A DNA stretch of 64,000 nucleotides, from positions 15,847 through 79,846 of the forward strand of contig JBIIQM010000001.1 of NCBI GenBank assembly GCA_044342075.1, read 5' to 3'. The notes under the pieces are model-generated. The model was not told the DNA's origin. It saw nothing but the letters and a program-made list of their open reading frames with translations, and searched no databases. The stretch is from Pirellulales bacterium (lineage in GTDB: Bacteria > Planctomycetota > Planctomycetia > Pirellulales > UBA1268). Shown one piece after another: positions 27,971 through 40,400 of the stretch; the first letter of the stretch is position 1, and each line of letters opens with the position of its first letter. The position numbers were made by a program, and so were the translations under genes.

Positions 27971-30673
27971 ATGCTTTGGCAGCTTGTGTCGACGCTCCGC
28001 GGAACCTCATCCACCCGATCCAAGCGGGCGCGCGTCCGACGACACCGCCCATCCCTTCGCACTGGCATCGAATGCCTCGAATCGCGAGTAGCGTTTGCCG
28101 TCACCGGCGATGCTGGAGTGGGCTCGGGGGTGGGCGTGGCCATCCCCTTGGCGGCCGATGCAAGTGACATCTTCGTCACGACCGCCATCGCGCCTGTCCC
28201 AGGCCCCGGGGCCGACTTGCGCAACGCCGATCTTCGCAACGCCGATCTCCGCGGGGTGAACCTCACAGGAGCCCTGATGAGCGGCGCCCAACTCGCCGGC
28301 GCCCGACTGGCAGGTGCGAACCTCACGGGTGTCGTTTCGGGCGGCATCGTGGGCAAGCCGGCGAGTTTGCCCCAGCAATGGCAGTTTCGCCGCGGCTATC
28401 TGCTCGGGCCGGGCGCCAATCTGTCGGGCGCCAACCTCAGGGGCATCAATCTGACGGGAATGAATCTGTCGTATGCCAACCTCGCTCAGGCAAACCTGGC
28501 ACAAGCGACGCTGAACGTCACCGCTTTGCGTGGCGTGCGGTCGGGCGGCATTACGGGAGTGCCGGCGTCCCTTCCCGGGGGCTGGACTCTCGCCAACGGG
28601 TTTCTCATCGGTCGGACCGCTGATCTTTCGGGGGCCGATCTTTCGGGATCCAACCTGCGGCGAGCCAATCTGGGTGCTGCCAACCTGACTAATGCAAATC
28701 TGGCAAACGCGAAGGTCGGTGGCGCGAACCTGGTCCGCGCCCAATTGAACGGAATCCAGTCCGGCGGACTGCAGGCTGGAGTCCCCGTCGCCCTGCCGCC
28801 GGGTTGGCGGCTGGCGCGCGGGTATCTTGTGGGCAGCGGTGCCAATCTGGCGAATGCGAGTCTGCAGAGTGCCAATCTGAGGAATCTCAACCTTGGCACG
28901 GCCAACCTGGCCGGCGCCGATCTCTCCGGCGCCGATCTCCGTTCGGCCTCGTTTTCCGGAAGCCTCGCCGGAGCAATCCTGTCGGGCGCCAGGATTCAAG
29001 GGACGAATTTTGCCGCCGCCAATCTGACCGACATTCGCTCCGGCGGATTGGCGTCCGGCGCGCCGGCCGCCCTGCCGCCAGGGTGGGCTTCAGACTCGGG
29101 CTTCCTCGTCGGGCGGACGATGGCTTTGGAAGATGCCCGCCGCTTCGTCACCCGCGTGAGCGGCGAGATCGGCCGGACCGTCAAGGCGATCAACGCCGCT
29201 GCGGAGGATCAAAAGCCTTCACTCCGCGCCGCGCTGGCCGGACAGGAAACACGTCGCTATCCGGCCTTGGTGCGGGTGGTCTTGGCGGAGAATCCCCAGG
29301 CCCGGGAAATCGATCCAGTCGACAGGATCTTTTCGGTTCCCGTGCCGGGCGCCGCCACGGGAACGGTCAACGGCTCGGCATCGGCCATCGTCGCTTGGAA
29401 TGCGCACAATCTGTCGCCCATCAACGGGCAATTCATGGGCATGAGCCGCGGACTTGGACCCGATCCTGCGCGGATCGCGTCCAACCAGTCACTGGCAGGG
29501 AGTTCGAACTGGAGCGGGTTTTATCCAGCGCCGGGTGACTACGACTGTTCAGAACAGTGGGACATCACCACCGCCCCAGACAAAGCCACCGCCGCCGGCT
29601 GGGCCGCCGACGAGTTGATCAAGTTCGCCACCTATCAGCAGGATTCCAGCGGAGCGCCGCGTTTCGCGAATTTCGAATTTTATCGCCTCGGGATCGCGTA
29701 CACAGGCGGACGGGCTACGTTCACGCGCGCTGAGTTGGTGGACGCCGGCAAGTCAGACTCCGAATCGGGCCGGGCGGTGCGCGCGGAGATGATCAGTGCC
29801 ATCGAACGGCTCGATAAGGGCCGGATCAGCCTGAACTTCTTTGCCCTGCTCAACGATGGCCGCCTCACGCACATGCAGAAAGTCATCGGCCTGTCCGCGA
29901 CCGACCCGGCCACGGGAGCCGGCTTTTTCGAATCCATCATCGACACCCCCGAGTTGCTCGACGCCGGAGCGCACAACGATCCCAGCCCCGACTTCTTTTT
30001 CCGCTCACAGGTCATCAGTTCGGCTTTCCAGGAGATCTATGTCGTGGGCCGGCCCTCTGGGCTCGACCCCGAAGGACTGGAGGAATATGCCATCAGCATG
30101 CGGCGCCTGGCTCTCAAGGAAATCGGCCTGAAGCCAGATGGCACACCCGACCCCACTGTGACACCGGACAAGATCCGCATCTTGAAGTCCGCCAACCGGG
30201 CGTTTTCCTACCTGCGGACGATCGGTGATATCGAGGGAATGGAAAAACTGGAGCCCATCTACCAATCGCCGTATCTCTTGATGAACCAGCGGATGCAGAT
30301 GCTCGACGTGCTCCAAGACGCTTTGGGCAGGTTTGGCACCACCATCATCACCGCTGCCAAGGCACGGGAACAGGTACTCGGCGCCGCGAATGAAGTGCGT
30401 CCACTCGATGCATCCGTTGCCGATGAATTGGTGCGGATCGCATCGCTCTTCAAGGGCACGGGAGTCGATCCGGCCGACCTCTCGAAGCCTTTGCTGCAAG
30501 ACTCCGTGCTCGAGGATGACCTGGGCAACGCGGAGGACGCGCTGTCCAACGCCATCGATGCCGCCGTGGAACGCGATTTCGGCTTGACGAGCATCGTGAA
30601 GACGTACGTCGTGCCGTGGACCAGGGCCGACAATCCCTCGTCGACGTGGCACGGCTCGGGGAGCGGCGGATGA
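27971..30673 (+). CDS. 900-aa pentapeptide-repeat protein with an uncharacterised ~500-aa C-terminal region
   Basis: Arg-rich N-terminus with IECLESRVAFA. Four super-repeats of A(D/N)L..-type pentapeptide runs are each closed by SGG(I/L).G.P..LP.GW.L..G(Y/F)L(V/I)G. The C-terminal half has no motif I recognise. Confidence 0.85.
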   Translation: MLWQLVSTLRGTSSTRSKRARVRRHRPSLRTGIECLESRVAFAVTGDAGVGSGVGVAIPLAADASDIFVTTAIAPVPGPGADLRNADLRNADLRGVNLTGALMSGAQLAGARLAGANLTGVVSGGIVGKPASLPQQWQFRRGYLLGPGANLSGANLRGINLTGMNLSYANLAQANLAQATLNVTALRGVRSGGITGVPASLPGGWTLANGFLIGRTADLSGADLSGSNLRRANLGAANLTNANLANAKVGGANLVRAQLNGIQSGGLQAGVPVALPPGWRLARGYLVGSGANLANASLQSANLRNLNLGTANLAGADLSGADLRSASFSGSLAGAILSGARIQGTNFAAANLTDIRSGGLASGAPAALPPGWASDSGFLVGRTMALEDARRFVTRVSGEIGRTVKAINAAAEDQKPSLRAALAGQETRRYPALVRVVLAENPQAREIDPVDRIFSVPVPGAATGTVNGSASAIVAWNAHNLSPINGQFMGMSRGLGPDPARIASNQSLAGSSNWSGFYPAPGDYDCSEQWDITTAPDKATAAGWAADELIKFATYQQDSSGAPRFANFEFYRLGIAYTGGRATFTRAELVDAGKSDSESGRAVRAEMISAIERLDKGRISLNFFALLNDGRLTHMQKVIGLSATDPATGAGFFESIIDTPELLDAGAHNDPSPDFFFRSQVISSAFQEIYVVGRPSGLDPEGLEEYAISMRRLALKEIGLKPDGTPDPTVTPDKIRILKSANRAFSYLRTIGDIEGMEKLEPIYQSPYLLMNQRMQMLDVLQDALGRFGTTIITAAKAREQVLGAANEVRPLDASVADELVRIASLFKGTGVDPADLSKPLLQDSVLEDDLGNAEDALSNAIDAAVERDFGLTSIVKTYVVPWTRADNPSSTWHGSGSGG

Positions 30674-31227
30674 CCTACGTCATGGTCGACGTGGAGGCCG
30701 ATGGGCCGATCCCCGGCGACTATTCGATGATCTGTGTCGGGGCAATCGTGGTCGAGCCCACTTTGGACCGGACGTTCTACGGAAGGCTGAAGCCGATTTC
30801 CGAACAGTGGCTCCCTGGCGCCCTGCAGGTCAGCGGGTTCACGCGGCAGGAGACGTTGGCGTTCGACGAGCCCAGGGCGGTCATGCAGCGGTTCGCCGAC
30901 TGGATTGGCTCCGTGGCCCACGGGCGGCCCATCTTCGTGTCCGACAACAACGGGTTCGACTGGCAATTCATCAACTGGTATTTCCACCACTTTGTGGGCA
31001 CGAATCCGTTCGGCCACAGTTCCACGAACCTGGGTTCGCTCTACAAGGGGGTCGTCAAGGACACCCGCGCCAGCTTCAAGCATCTGCGAAAAACGCCGCA
31101 TACTCACAACCCAGTGGACGATGCCCGCGGCAACGCCGAGGCGCTCCTGCGGATCGAGCAAGAGCATGGACTCAGGATTTCCGCCCGCTCCGCCGGTGCA
31201 GGGTCTTCTTCGAGAGGGTCTTCTTGA
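30670..31227 (+). CDS. DEDDh-type 3'-5' exonuclease domain protein
   Basis: Its ATG overlaps the upstream stop (ATGA). Exo I VDVEADG, Exo II SDNNGFDWQF, Exo III HNPVDDARGNA. Confidence 0.8.
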   Translation: MTYVMVDVEADGPIPGDYSMICVGAIVVEPTLDRTFYGRLKPISEQWLPGALQVSGFTRQETLAFDEPRAVMQRFADWIGSVAHGRPIFVSDNNGFDWQFINWYFHHFVGTNPFGHSSTNLGSLYKGVVKDTRASFKHLRKTPHTHNPVDDARGNAEALLRIEQEHGLRISARSAGAGSSSRGSS

Positions 31228-31443
31228 TCCACGGGCGCCGTATGCCTGAATGCCCGGCCCCGGCGAAGGCTCGGCCGTCTCCTGACTCATGGATGCTTTT
31301 TTCGTGAACAGCGAAGCCGCCTGCGGAAGAACGGCTTCATCGAACCGATTCTTTGCAGCCCGCGTGTTTGCAACTTAGATTTCATAGATCTCCGTTTGAC
31401 TTGCCCCATTCTGACCCCTCCAGCGATTGGGGCCTCGTCCATC

Positions 31444-34400
31444 ATGAAGTCCAGGTCTTGGAGAATGTTTCGTCGCGCCGATTCCCCGCCGACGGGTAGC
31501 CAGCGACCGCGACGTCGCGGGCAGCGGTCGACGCTGCGGCTCGAGTTGCTCGAGGCCCGCCAACTGCTTGCAGCCGATGTCGACGTGGCGGGGCTTCTCT
31601 TTCGCGGCGACCTCGTGCAAGACGGCCAGCGCTGGGTGGCCGCGAGCGGCGCCGTCGACGTGGGCTTCAAGCCGGCGGCGAACGAGGCCTTCCGCCCGCT
31701 CTTCACGGTGTCGGGCGGCACCACGGTCGACGTGGTCGACACGAGCGTGTCGTTCACCGGGCAGGGCAGCGTTTCTGGCAGGCCGTTCTTTTCGGCGTCG
31801 CCATTGCAACCGATCGCGCTCGACCTGGAGAGCCTCATCGGCGCCGGGGTATTCGTCGCCGGGAGCCCATTCGCCTGGGGCGGTGCCCTCCAGGCCTCGA
31901 CGCTGAAACTGGTCAATCCCGGCGGCGGCGACACGAGCGACAGCCGGATCGAGTTTGCAGGCGCCGGCACGTTCTCCTTTGGTGACGCTGCCAACGGCTC
32001 GAGAAGCCCGCTCGCGCTCAGCGACCTGCAGGCCACCCTGGCGCCCACCGGCGACGGCTCCGCCACCGCGAAGGCTGCCGGCGAGTTTTACGCCGCCGGC
32101 ACCTCCTGGATGATTGCCGGCAATGACTTCAGCGCAACGCTGGTGTCGGGCGTCTCCAGTGCGAGCATCGCGGGCGCCGCTTCGGTGACGATCGACGGCG
32201 ACGCCTTCGCGGCCACGTTCAGTGGCCAGGGGCTGCAGGTCGGCCAATCGGCGATCAGCGGGCTCACCGCCACGCTGGATGGATCGTTCACTCCGGGCGG
32301 AGCGAAGCTGGCCGGCAGTTCCTGGAACGCGACCTGGTCGTCCGGCACGCTGGACGTCACCGGCTCCGGCACGCTCGAGTTCGGCACGGCCAACACGGGC
32401 ACGACCGCCAACGCGCTCCCCGCGATCACGGGAGCTGCGCTCGCGATCGCCGACGGCAGGATCGCCTCCGCCGCGGCGACGCTCGTCGGCACGATCCAGA
32501 TGGCCGGCTCGAAATGGGAGTTTGGCTCGGCCCCGCTCTCCTATGCCGCCGATGCCGACGAACTTCGGATCAGGGGCACCGCGACGGCCACGCTCAATCC
32601 CGCGGGCGGCGTGCCAGCGCAGGCAACTTTGGAGGGCACGGGCCTGGCGATCACGGCCGGCGGCGTGAAGAGCCTCGCCAGTCGAATCGCCTCGGGCGAC
32701 CTGAAGGTGGCGGGCACGACGGTGGCCATTTCCGATCTCGTCTTGACCTACGCGGCCAACGAAGACGCGATCGACTTCAGCGGCAAGGCGAAGATCACTC
32801 TCGACCTCGGGATCACCAACGGCCCCTGGACGATCAACGCCTTCACGGGCCGGGTCTCCGCCGGCGCATTCGCGAAGTTCGGGGGAACGGTGGACGTGGT
32901 CCAGGAGACCGACTACTTCCCCGACCGGAGCGAAGATGCCGTACTCAAGTTTCTCCTTGGGACCATCCTCCAGGCGAAACTGAACCTTGGCTTGTTCATC
33001 GACCCGACGACGGGCCTCGATTTCCTCCAGCTCACCGGCGGCTTCAATCTCGACTTCGCCGTCGTCAAGCTGAAGCTCGACACGACGAATAATGGCATCC
33101 TGGTGCGGAATGGCACGCTGGAGCAGTTCGAGGCGGTTCACCGCGGCGAACTGTCGGTTGCCACCAGCAAGTTTCGGGCGTTGGACTCGCTCGTCAAATG
33201 GGTCAGGGAGACCGGCGAGCTACAGGTTTCCGGCAGTTTCGAGTTCTACCTCGGCAAGAAATTCTGGCCGAAGGACAACACGGGCAAGCCTGTGCCCCCC
33301 TACCAGGGCACGCCCAACGAGGAATCGCTTCGGGCTGAGGCGGAAAACATCATCGTCGTCGACCTTGGCACCTCCGCGGAGCCGGGGCTCGTGATCAAGA
33401 ACGGCGTGCTCGAGAAGCTCGACGCCAACGTCAGCGCGAAGACGATCAACCTCGGTCTCTTCGAGATGAAGCTCAACAAGGCCGGCTTCGTCTACAAGAA
33501 AGACTACGTCACCGACGCCGGCACCACGGTGCCCTCCTACCTCGGCTTCTACGGCGAGGTCGCCCTCTCGAACCAGATTCAAAAAACGCTGCAGGGCACG
33601 ACGCTGGCGGCGAGCCTCGGAACCCGAGAGAGACCGGGCATCGAGATCGTCGATAACAACTACAACATCAACAATCTCAAGCTCTTCTTCGGCGCGGCCT
33701 GGTCCGGGCCGTTCCAGATCAACGAGCTGTTCTTCGAGTGGAAGAAGACGTCGACGAGCGAATACACAATCAACGGCGGGGGGATGATCACGCTCGGGCC
33801 GATTCGTGTCGGCTGCGAGATCGGGCTCTACCAGGGCACGACCGTGACCGACACGGGCCTGACGCAGCCTACGGCCTGGCTCTTCGATCGGATCAAGATC
33901 AAGTGGGAGGCGGCTGAGGAAAACGGCTACCGCGGCATCCCGATCAAAGGGGTCTTCATCCGCAAGTTGGCCGGCGAACTCAAGAACCTGCAATCGCCCG
34001 GCGATGTGACCTTCGTCGGCACCGTCGGCATCTCGGCCGGGCCGCTCATCAAGCTGCCGGGCGTTCAAAACAACATCCCCGGCCAGAACGGGCTGGTCAA
34101 CATCCACCCACTCATGGCCGAGGGCCGCGTCACGATCAGCAAGAGCATGCTCGTCGTCGACGCCTCGTTCTACAAGTTCGCCTACTACGACGTTTCCTAT
34201 GCGGGCACCTCGCTCGACCCGTGGCGCTACCTGCTTGGCAAGGGCACCGGCACGCTGACGATCGACTGGACCCGTGACATCTACGAGCTCAAGGGCAACT
34301 TCACGGCGCTCGATCTGATCCGCGGCGAGCTCCTGCTGCGGTTTTTCTCCACCGACACGGGCAGTGTGGGCTTCGTCGGCTTCGGGTCGGTCGACATCAA

Positions 34401-37400
34401 GCCGGAGCCGAACAGTAAGTTCGATTTCAAGCCGGTCAGCTGGTTCAACGCCCGAGGGTCGGTGTTCTACGTCGTCGATGACTCGAGAAACGAGTTCGGC
34501 GCGTGGGGAACCATCAAGATCGCGATCTTCTCGGCCACGGGTGGCCTGCTCTACGACATTCGCAACGACACGTTCGATTTCCTCGACGCTTCGGAGGTGA
34601 AAGACTACGAGAAGAAGGCCCGGGCGATCATGAACGGCACCGACCAGACGTTTCCCTGGTCACGTGAATACGACGTGGGAATCGCGACGGGCTCGACAAA
34701 CCTCTACGCCAACAAGCTCACGGCCGCGATCCCCTTCTCCACTCGCAAGATCACCTCCACGCAATACCAGGGACGCACCGGCAACGAATACACGGTCGCC
34801 GAGATGCTCACCGAGGCGGACATCGAGGTCGCGGTGTCGGGGCTGCCGAGCGGCACGAGCTACCGGACCAGCGTCAGCCTCCAGCCGGCGAAGGATGGCG
34901 TGGCGTCGGGGCAGATCCTCCTCGAGATCTTTCCGGCCGGCGCACCGAGCCTCGATTCATCCCGCACCTTCGCCGGGCTCGGTCTCGCGCAACTCGCCGG
35001 CAAGGTGCAGGTGAAGCTCAAGAAAAACTCCTTCCTTTCCGCCGACGCCGCGGTCGTCGAGGCGGTCGCCGCCAAGCCCAACGATTACCTCACCGGGGTG
35101 GTCTTCGTGGACGGCAAGCCCGATCTCGCGAAGGCCGATTGGGACGAATCCAAGCAGGTCGGCGGCGCAGGCATCCTGCCGTCGCTCGTGACCACGCCGA
35201 CGATGCCGCAGCCCACGATCAGCCTCGGCGGCCCGGCTGGCGACGTGGCCGTGCACCGCGAGATCAACTCGTTCACCAACGAGACGCTCTTCCGCTTCAC
35301 GACGAACGCCTCGCCGCATACCCGCGACAAGGGCGTGGTGTCGCTGCATGTGATCGACCAGCGAGAAGTGCTCGCCAAACGGTGGCTGATCCAGGCAACC
35401 AGCGGGACGGTCACGGGCGATGTGGACGGCACGGCTGCGGGCGTTGCCGACGCGCGCGTGGTCGAGATGGCCGCTTTCTCCCAGCAGGAGATCGTGGGCA
35501 ACGCCGCCGACGACGAGATCGTCTGGACGCCCGCCGTGGGCATGGAGGTGCTCTACTTCGACTCGGACCGCGCGGTCCGCCGCGGCCGGATCGAGGAGCT
35601 TGGCACGGCCCTCGACGAGCAGGGCCGTCCGCGCGAGCTCACGCTGCGTGTGGCTGATGGCTCCACAGCCACCGTGGCCCGCGAGAAGATGAAGCCGCTC
35701 TGGCTCGATCGCGGCGTCGCGAAGATCCGGGCCGGCGCGGGCGTGACGCTCGAGGTCGGCGCGGTCTACCTGGCCTCTGCCTCTGGCAAGGCGGCTTCCC
35801 TGCCCAACGCCACCGGCGGCCGCGACTACTTCGAACTCTTCGATGCCAAGGAGGCCATTCGCTTCGGTGCCGTGCCCACGGCGGCCCCGGCCGTGCTCTC
35901 CAACCGCGATGTGCGCTTCGCGTCGCTGCCCGACGCGGTCGGCGCGATCTTCGACGCGAAGGCCGACAAGCGGCGCGACACGTTCCAGCGTTCGGGCGAC
36001 TGGACCGTGACCACGCTCGGCGGCGGCGTGGCCGTCCCCGTGACGAGCGTGAACGGCACGAACAGCCAGACCTCGTCGGCCAGCCTGCCGCTCTCGCTCT
36101 TCGCGGACGGCGCGCGGTTTACCTGGCGGGAGGACGCGCTCGCCCCCACGCCCCGCTACGTCTTCATGACGATCGACGACAAGCTCCACGCGGCGACGAG
36201 CAGCGACTTCGTCTCCTTTACGTCGTCGCCCGAGGTCACCGGCAAGGTGATTCTCCGCGACGCCGCCGGCACCGAGGAGCCGCTCGCCGGCGTGCGGGCC
36301 TACTTCGACGCCAACGGCAACGGGGCGTTCGACGCCGGCGAGCGGCACGCGTATACGGGCCCCACCGGGGAGTATTACTTCTACGACGTCTCCACGGCAG
36401 GCAATGACGTCCGCTTCGAACTGACGGCCAATCGCCGGACGACCGACGGCGGCCCGGCAACGGTGAGCTTCGTGCGCGGAGCCAATCCCGTCACCGTCGC
36501 CCCGACGCTCGTCGTTTCGACGATCTACCCGCTCATCAAGGGCCGTGTCGGCGTCGATGCCAACGCCAACGGCAAGATTGATGAGGGCGAGCAGGGTTTC
36601 CCGCTGGCGAAGGTCGTCGTCACGGGCGCCGCGGGCGTCACCGTCACGGGGCTCACCAACGAATCGGGCTGGTTCGAGATCCAGGTGACCGAGGAGTTCG
36701 GCCCCACCGTGACGGCAGCCGTCGGCGGCGCCGAGGATGAAAACACGTCGCTCGACGTCACGGATCCGTCCTCCGCCACCGTGACGATCGCGGGCATCGA
36801 CTACCTGCAGCCGAAGATCTTCACGGCCGACTTCGCGGTGCAGGCGGGCATAGAGTTTCGCTTCGATCCCAACCAGAGCTTCTGGGCCAACCTCGGAACC
36901 TACTTGGGGCTCTTCTCGTCGGGCCGCTACACGAAGATCAGTCTCCTGACGACGGGCTTCGAGTTCCATGTCGACAAGTTCCAGTTCCTCTCCGGCAAGG
37001 CCGACGAGACGGGGCTCAAGACCGCCCGCGGTCGCGCCATCTTCCAGGGGGAGACGCTGAAGTTCGAGTTCCCCGGCCCGCGGGGCCTCGTGGTGAAGGG
37101 CAAGGAGCTGGCGGAGGTCAACGCGAAGTTCTCGGGCACGATCCCGATCTTCGGGGCGAAGCTGAATCTCGACACGCTGGCCGTGCGCTACGTCGCGGCT
37201 GATCCGGTGGCCGGCACCGCCGCCGCCTTCCGGCTCACCGGCTCCACCGAGCTCGACATCGCCGGCCAGCGGCTCCGCATTTCGCTCCCCGGCAGCGGCC
37301 TCGTGATCACCGATCAGGGCATCCAGTCGCTCGAGGCCAAGCTCACCGGCACGCTGAAGATCGGCGGGCAGGATCTGGAGCTGGGCTCGCTGGCCGCCTC

Positions 37401-40400
37401 GTACAACCGGGCCACCGACACGCTGCGGCTGACCGGCCAGAGCCAGCTGCTGAGCCTCGGTTCCCGCGCGAGCGGCCGCTTCTTCGGGCTCGACGACGTG
37501 GTGCTCGAGATGACCCAAGGCAAGATCACGAGCCTCGCGGCGCGCATCAGCGGCATGTACGAGGTCGAGGGGGCGTCGTTCGCACTCAACAACCTCGCCT
37601 TCCGCTACGCGCCGCAGGACGACGCCTTCTCGCTCACCGGCCAGACGTCGCTGCAGGTGGGCGCGAGCACGCTCGCCGTCTCGCTGCCCGCGCCGGGCAT
37701 CGTCTTCTCCCCGGCCGGCGTGGCGATCAACGGCAAGGTGACCGGCAGCGTGGTGGTCGGCGGTTCGACGCTCGCGCTCGAACAGCTCGCCCTCACGTAT
37801 GGCGAAGGCGCACTCCGAATCCTGGGCAACGTGGACCTCACGGTCGAGAGCCGGAAACTGGCCCTCGCCTCGATGGACCTGCGCTGGAAGAACGGCGCGT
37901 TCCGCAGCCTCTCGGCCGGCATCGGGGGCGAGATCGAGATCAGCCAGGCCATCGTGAAGCTCAACACGATGCAGGCTGGATACGACGCCGACACGGACAC
38001 GTTCTCGCTCTCGGGAGGGGCGACACTGCTCCTCCGGCAGACCGGGCAGGCCAAGGGCGAAGACAAGCTCGACAAGCTCTTGGGCATCAGCGGCTCGATC
38101 GGCGTGAAGGCGGGCGCGGTGCAGTCGCTCGTCGCCACCGTCCAGACCGGCAGCCTGGCGATGGCCGGCGGCGCGCTCGAGCTCAAGTCGCTCACGGTCA
38201 CCTATGACCGCCAGCAGGAAAGCTTCGGCATCGCCGGCTCCAGCAAACTGGCGATCGCCGGTGGCGAACTTACCGCCACGCTCGTGGCCCCGGGCCTCGT
38301 GTGGAAGCAGGGCGCGTTCGGCGGGTTCTCCGCGCAACTCGGCGGCCTGCTGCCGCTGCAGAAGGATTCCAAAGGCAAGGTCACCGCCGCCGTCGAGGTT
38401 CGCAACTTCTCCGCCAGCTACACGGCAGCCACCGCGACGCTCGTTCTCAAGGGCGCCGGCGAGGTCCGCGTGGGGGCCAACCGCGGCGTCCTCGAGACCG
38501 ACGCGACCGGCATCGTGATCGTGAACGGCTCGCTCCGGGCCTTCAGCGGCTTCCTCACGCTCGCGATCGATTTCGGCTCCGAGGCGTTCACCGACGCCAA
38601 TAAAAACGGGCTCTGGGACGAGTCCGAACAGTTCACCGACGCCAACGGCAACAAGAAGTTCGACGGCGGCTTCGCCATCGCCGTGAGCCGTGCCGGGCTC
38701 GCCTATGCGGCCGCGGCGGGTGAGGCGCCCTCGCGGGTGAAGCTTTCCGGCAAGGGCCGGCTCGACTTCGACGGCACCGGCCCCGGCAACGAAGGAGTCG
38801 AGATCGACCTCTCGACGACCGGCATCGAGCTCGTCGGCGGCGAGATCGAAAACTTCACGCTCTCGGTCGCAGCGCGGTTCAAGCTCGGCTCCGTGGACTT
38901 CACGCCGGGCCCCGGCACGACCGTCGGCTTTCGCTACCAGCGGGCCCTGTCGCAGATCGACGTCTTCGGCTCGGTCGGCATCAAGGTCGCCGACACGTCG
39001 TTCGCCTTCGTCATGGGCACGAGCTTCGACAACCCGGGCATCCGGCTCCAGCACGGGGCGATCACCTACGCGACGGCCGACATCACGACGGGTTTCGGCA
39101 TCGGCGATCTGCGGCTCGAAGTGAAGGAGGCGGGCTTCACCTACGACGCCGCCGCGTCCGCCTGGGCGATCTACGGATCGGCCAGCCTCACGAACGTCTT
39201 CTCAGTCGGCATCGACCTCGGCAAGCGGGCCTCCCCCGGCCTGCTCGTCCGCGACAACGACTGGGAAATCCGCAACGGCACGTTCCGGGCGGCGGGGTTC
39301 GATCTCGGGGCGATCAAGCTCGACGAGGTCACGATCAGCCTGCAGAAGACCGCCGCCTCGTGGAAGGTGTCGGGCGCCGCGGGCCTGACGCTGCCGATGG
39401 GCATCGGGGCCGCCGGATCGTTCGAGCTCGTGAACGGTGCCATCTCTTCGATCAGCGTCGGACTTTTCTCCGAAACGGGCATCCCGATCCCTCAGACGCC
39501 GCTGTTCGTCACGAGCATCGAAGGCAGCATCCGCAATCTCGACAACCTCGCGGCTGTGAGCGTCACCGGCCGGATCGGACTGATGGCCGGGCCGAGCGTC
39601 TCGCTGCTCGGCAAGTCGGCGCGGGTCGCGCAGTTCTTCGGCTCGTTCACGCTCGACGCGAGCAGCCTGAGGCTGCAGGCCGACGCCTACTTGGGCGCAA
39701 TCAACACGGGCACGACGACGAGCCAGGTCTGGACCGGCCTGATCGGCGAGGGGACGGCGGTGATCCTCGTCGACTGGTCGCGCAACGTTTATTACGGCGA
39801 CATCTCGGCGAAATTCCTCGGCGGCACGTTCCTGGCGACGGGACGCATGGGCTTCAGCGAGGCCGACGGCCTCTTGATGCGTGGCACGGCGCGGATGCGG
39901 ATCCCCGACAAGATTCCGATCATTGGCGGCGAGGAGATCGCCGGCGCGGGTTTCCAGTTCCAGCACAAGGCGGGCTTCGAGACCTACGTCATGGGCTGGG
40001 GGCAATTCTGGGGCGGCACCCGGGGACTGAAGTACGACCTGGTGAACGACAAATTCACGTCGATCGGAACGAAGGATCTCGAGGCCGTCCAAAACGGGCC
40101 GGTCTTGCGTTCGGCCGCTTTCGTCGAACCGCTCTCCTTCTCGGCGGTCGATGAGGAACTCGTGCTGACCGCCGCGGCGCCTGCCGAGGAGGCGATGGCC
40201 GAGCCGGTCGACGACCGTGCGTTTGCAGCCGCTCCGCTCTCCGCCGCGGTCGGCCCTTCCTCGATCGATGCTCCGGCACTCCCGGGCCGGCCTGGTGCCC
40301 CCGGGCGAATCGACACGGGCCGGCAGACCACGCGGCTCACGGGCCGTGTGAACGATCCCACGATGACGACCGTCCGTGTGTCGCTCTTCTACTCGCTCGA

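Noticed and set aside
34957-39054. 1,365-aa ORF on the minus strand inside the giant gene
   Set aside because: It is antisense to a coherent, domain-bearing plus-strand CDS. The translation is Arg/Gly/Asp/Glu-rich low complexity, as expected for the open antisense frame of high-GC coding DNA, and has no motifs.
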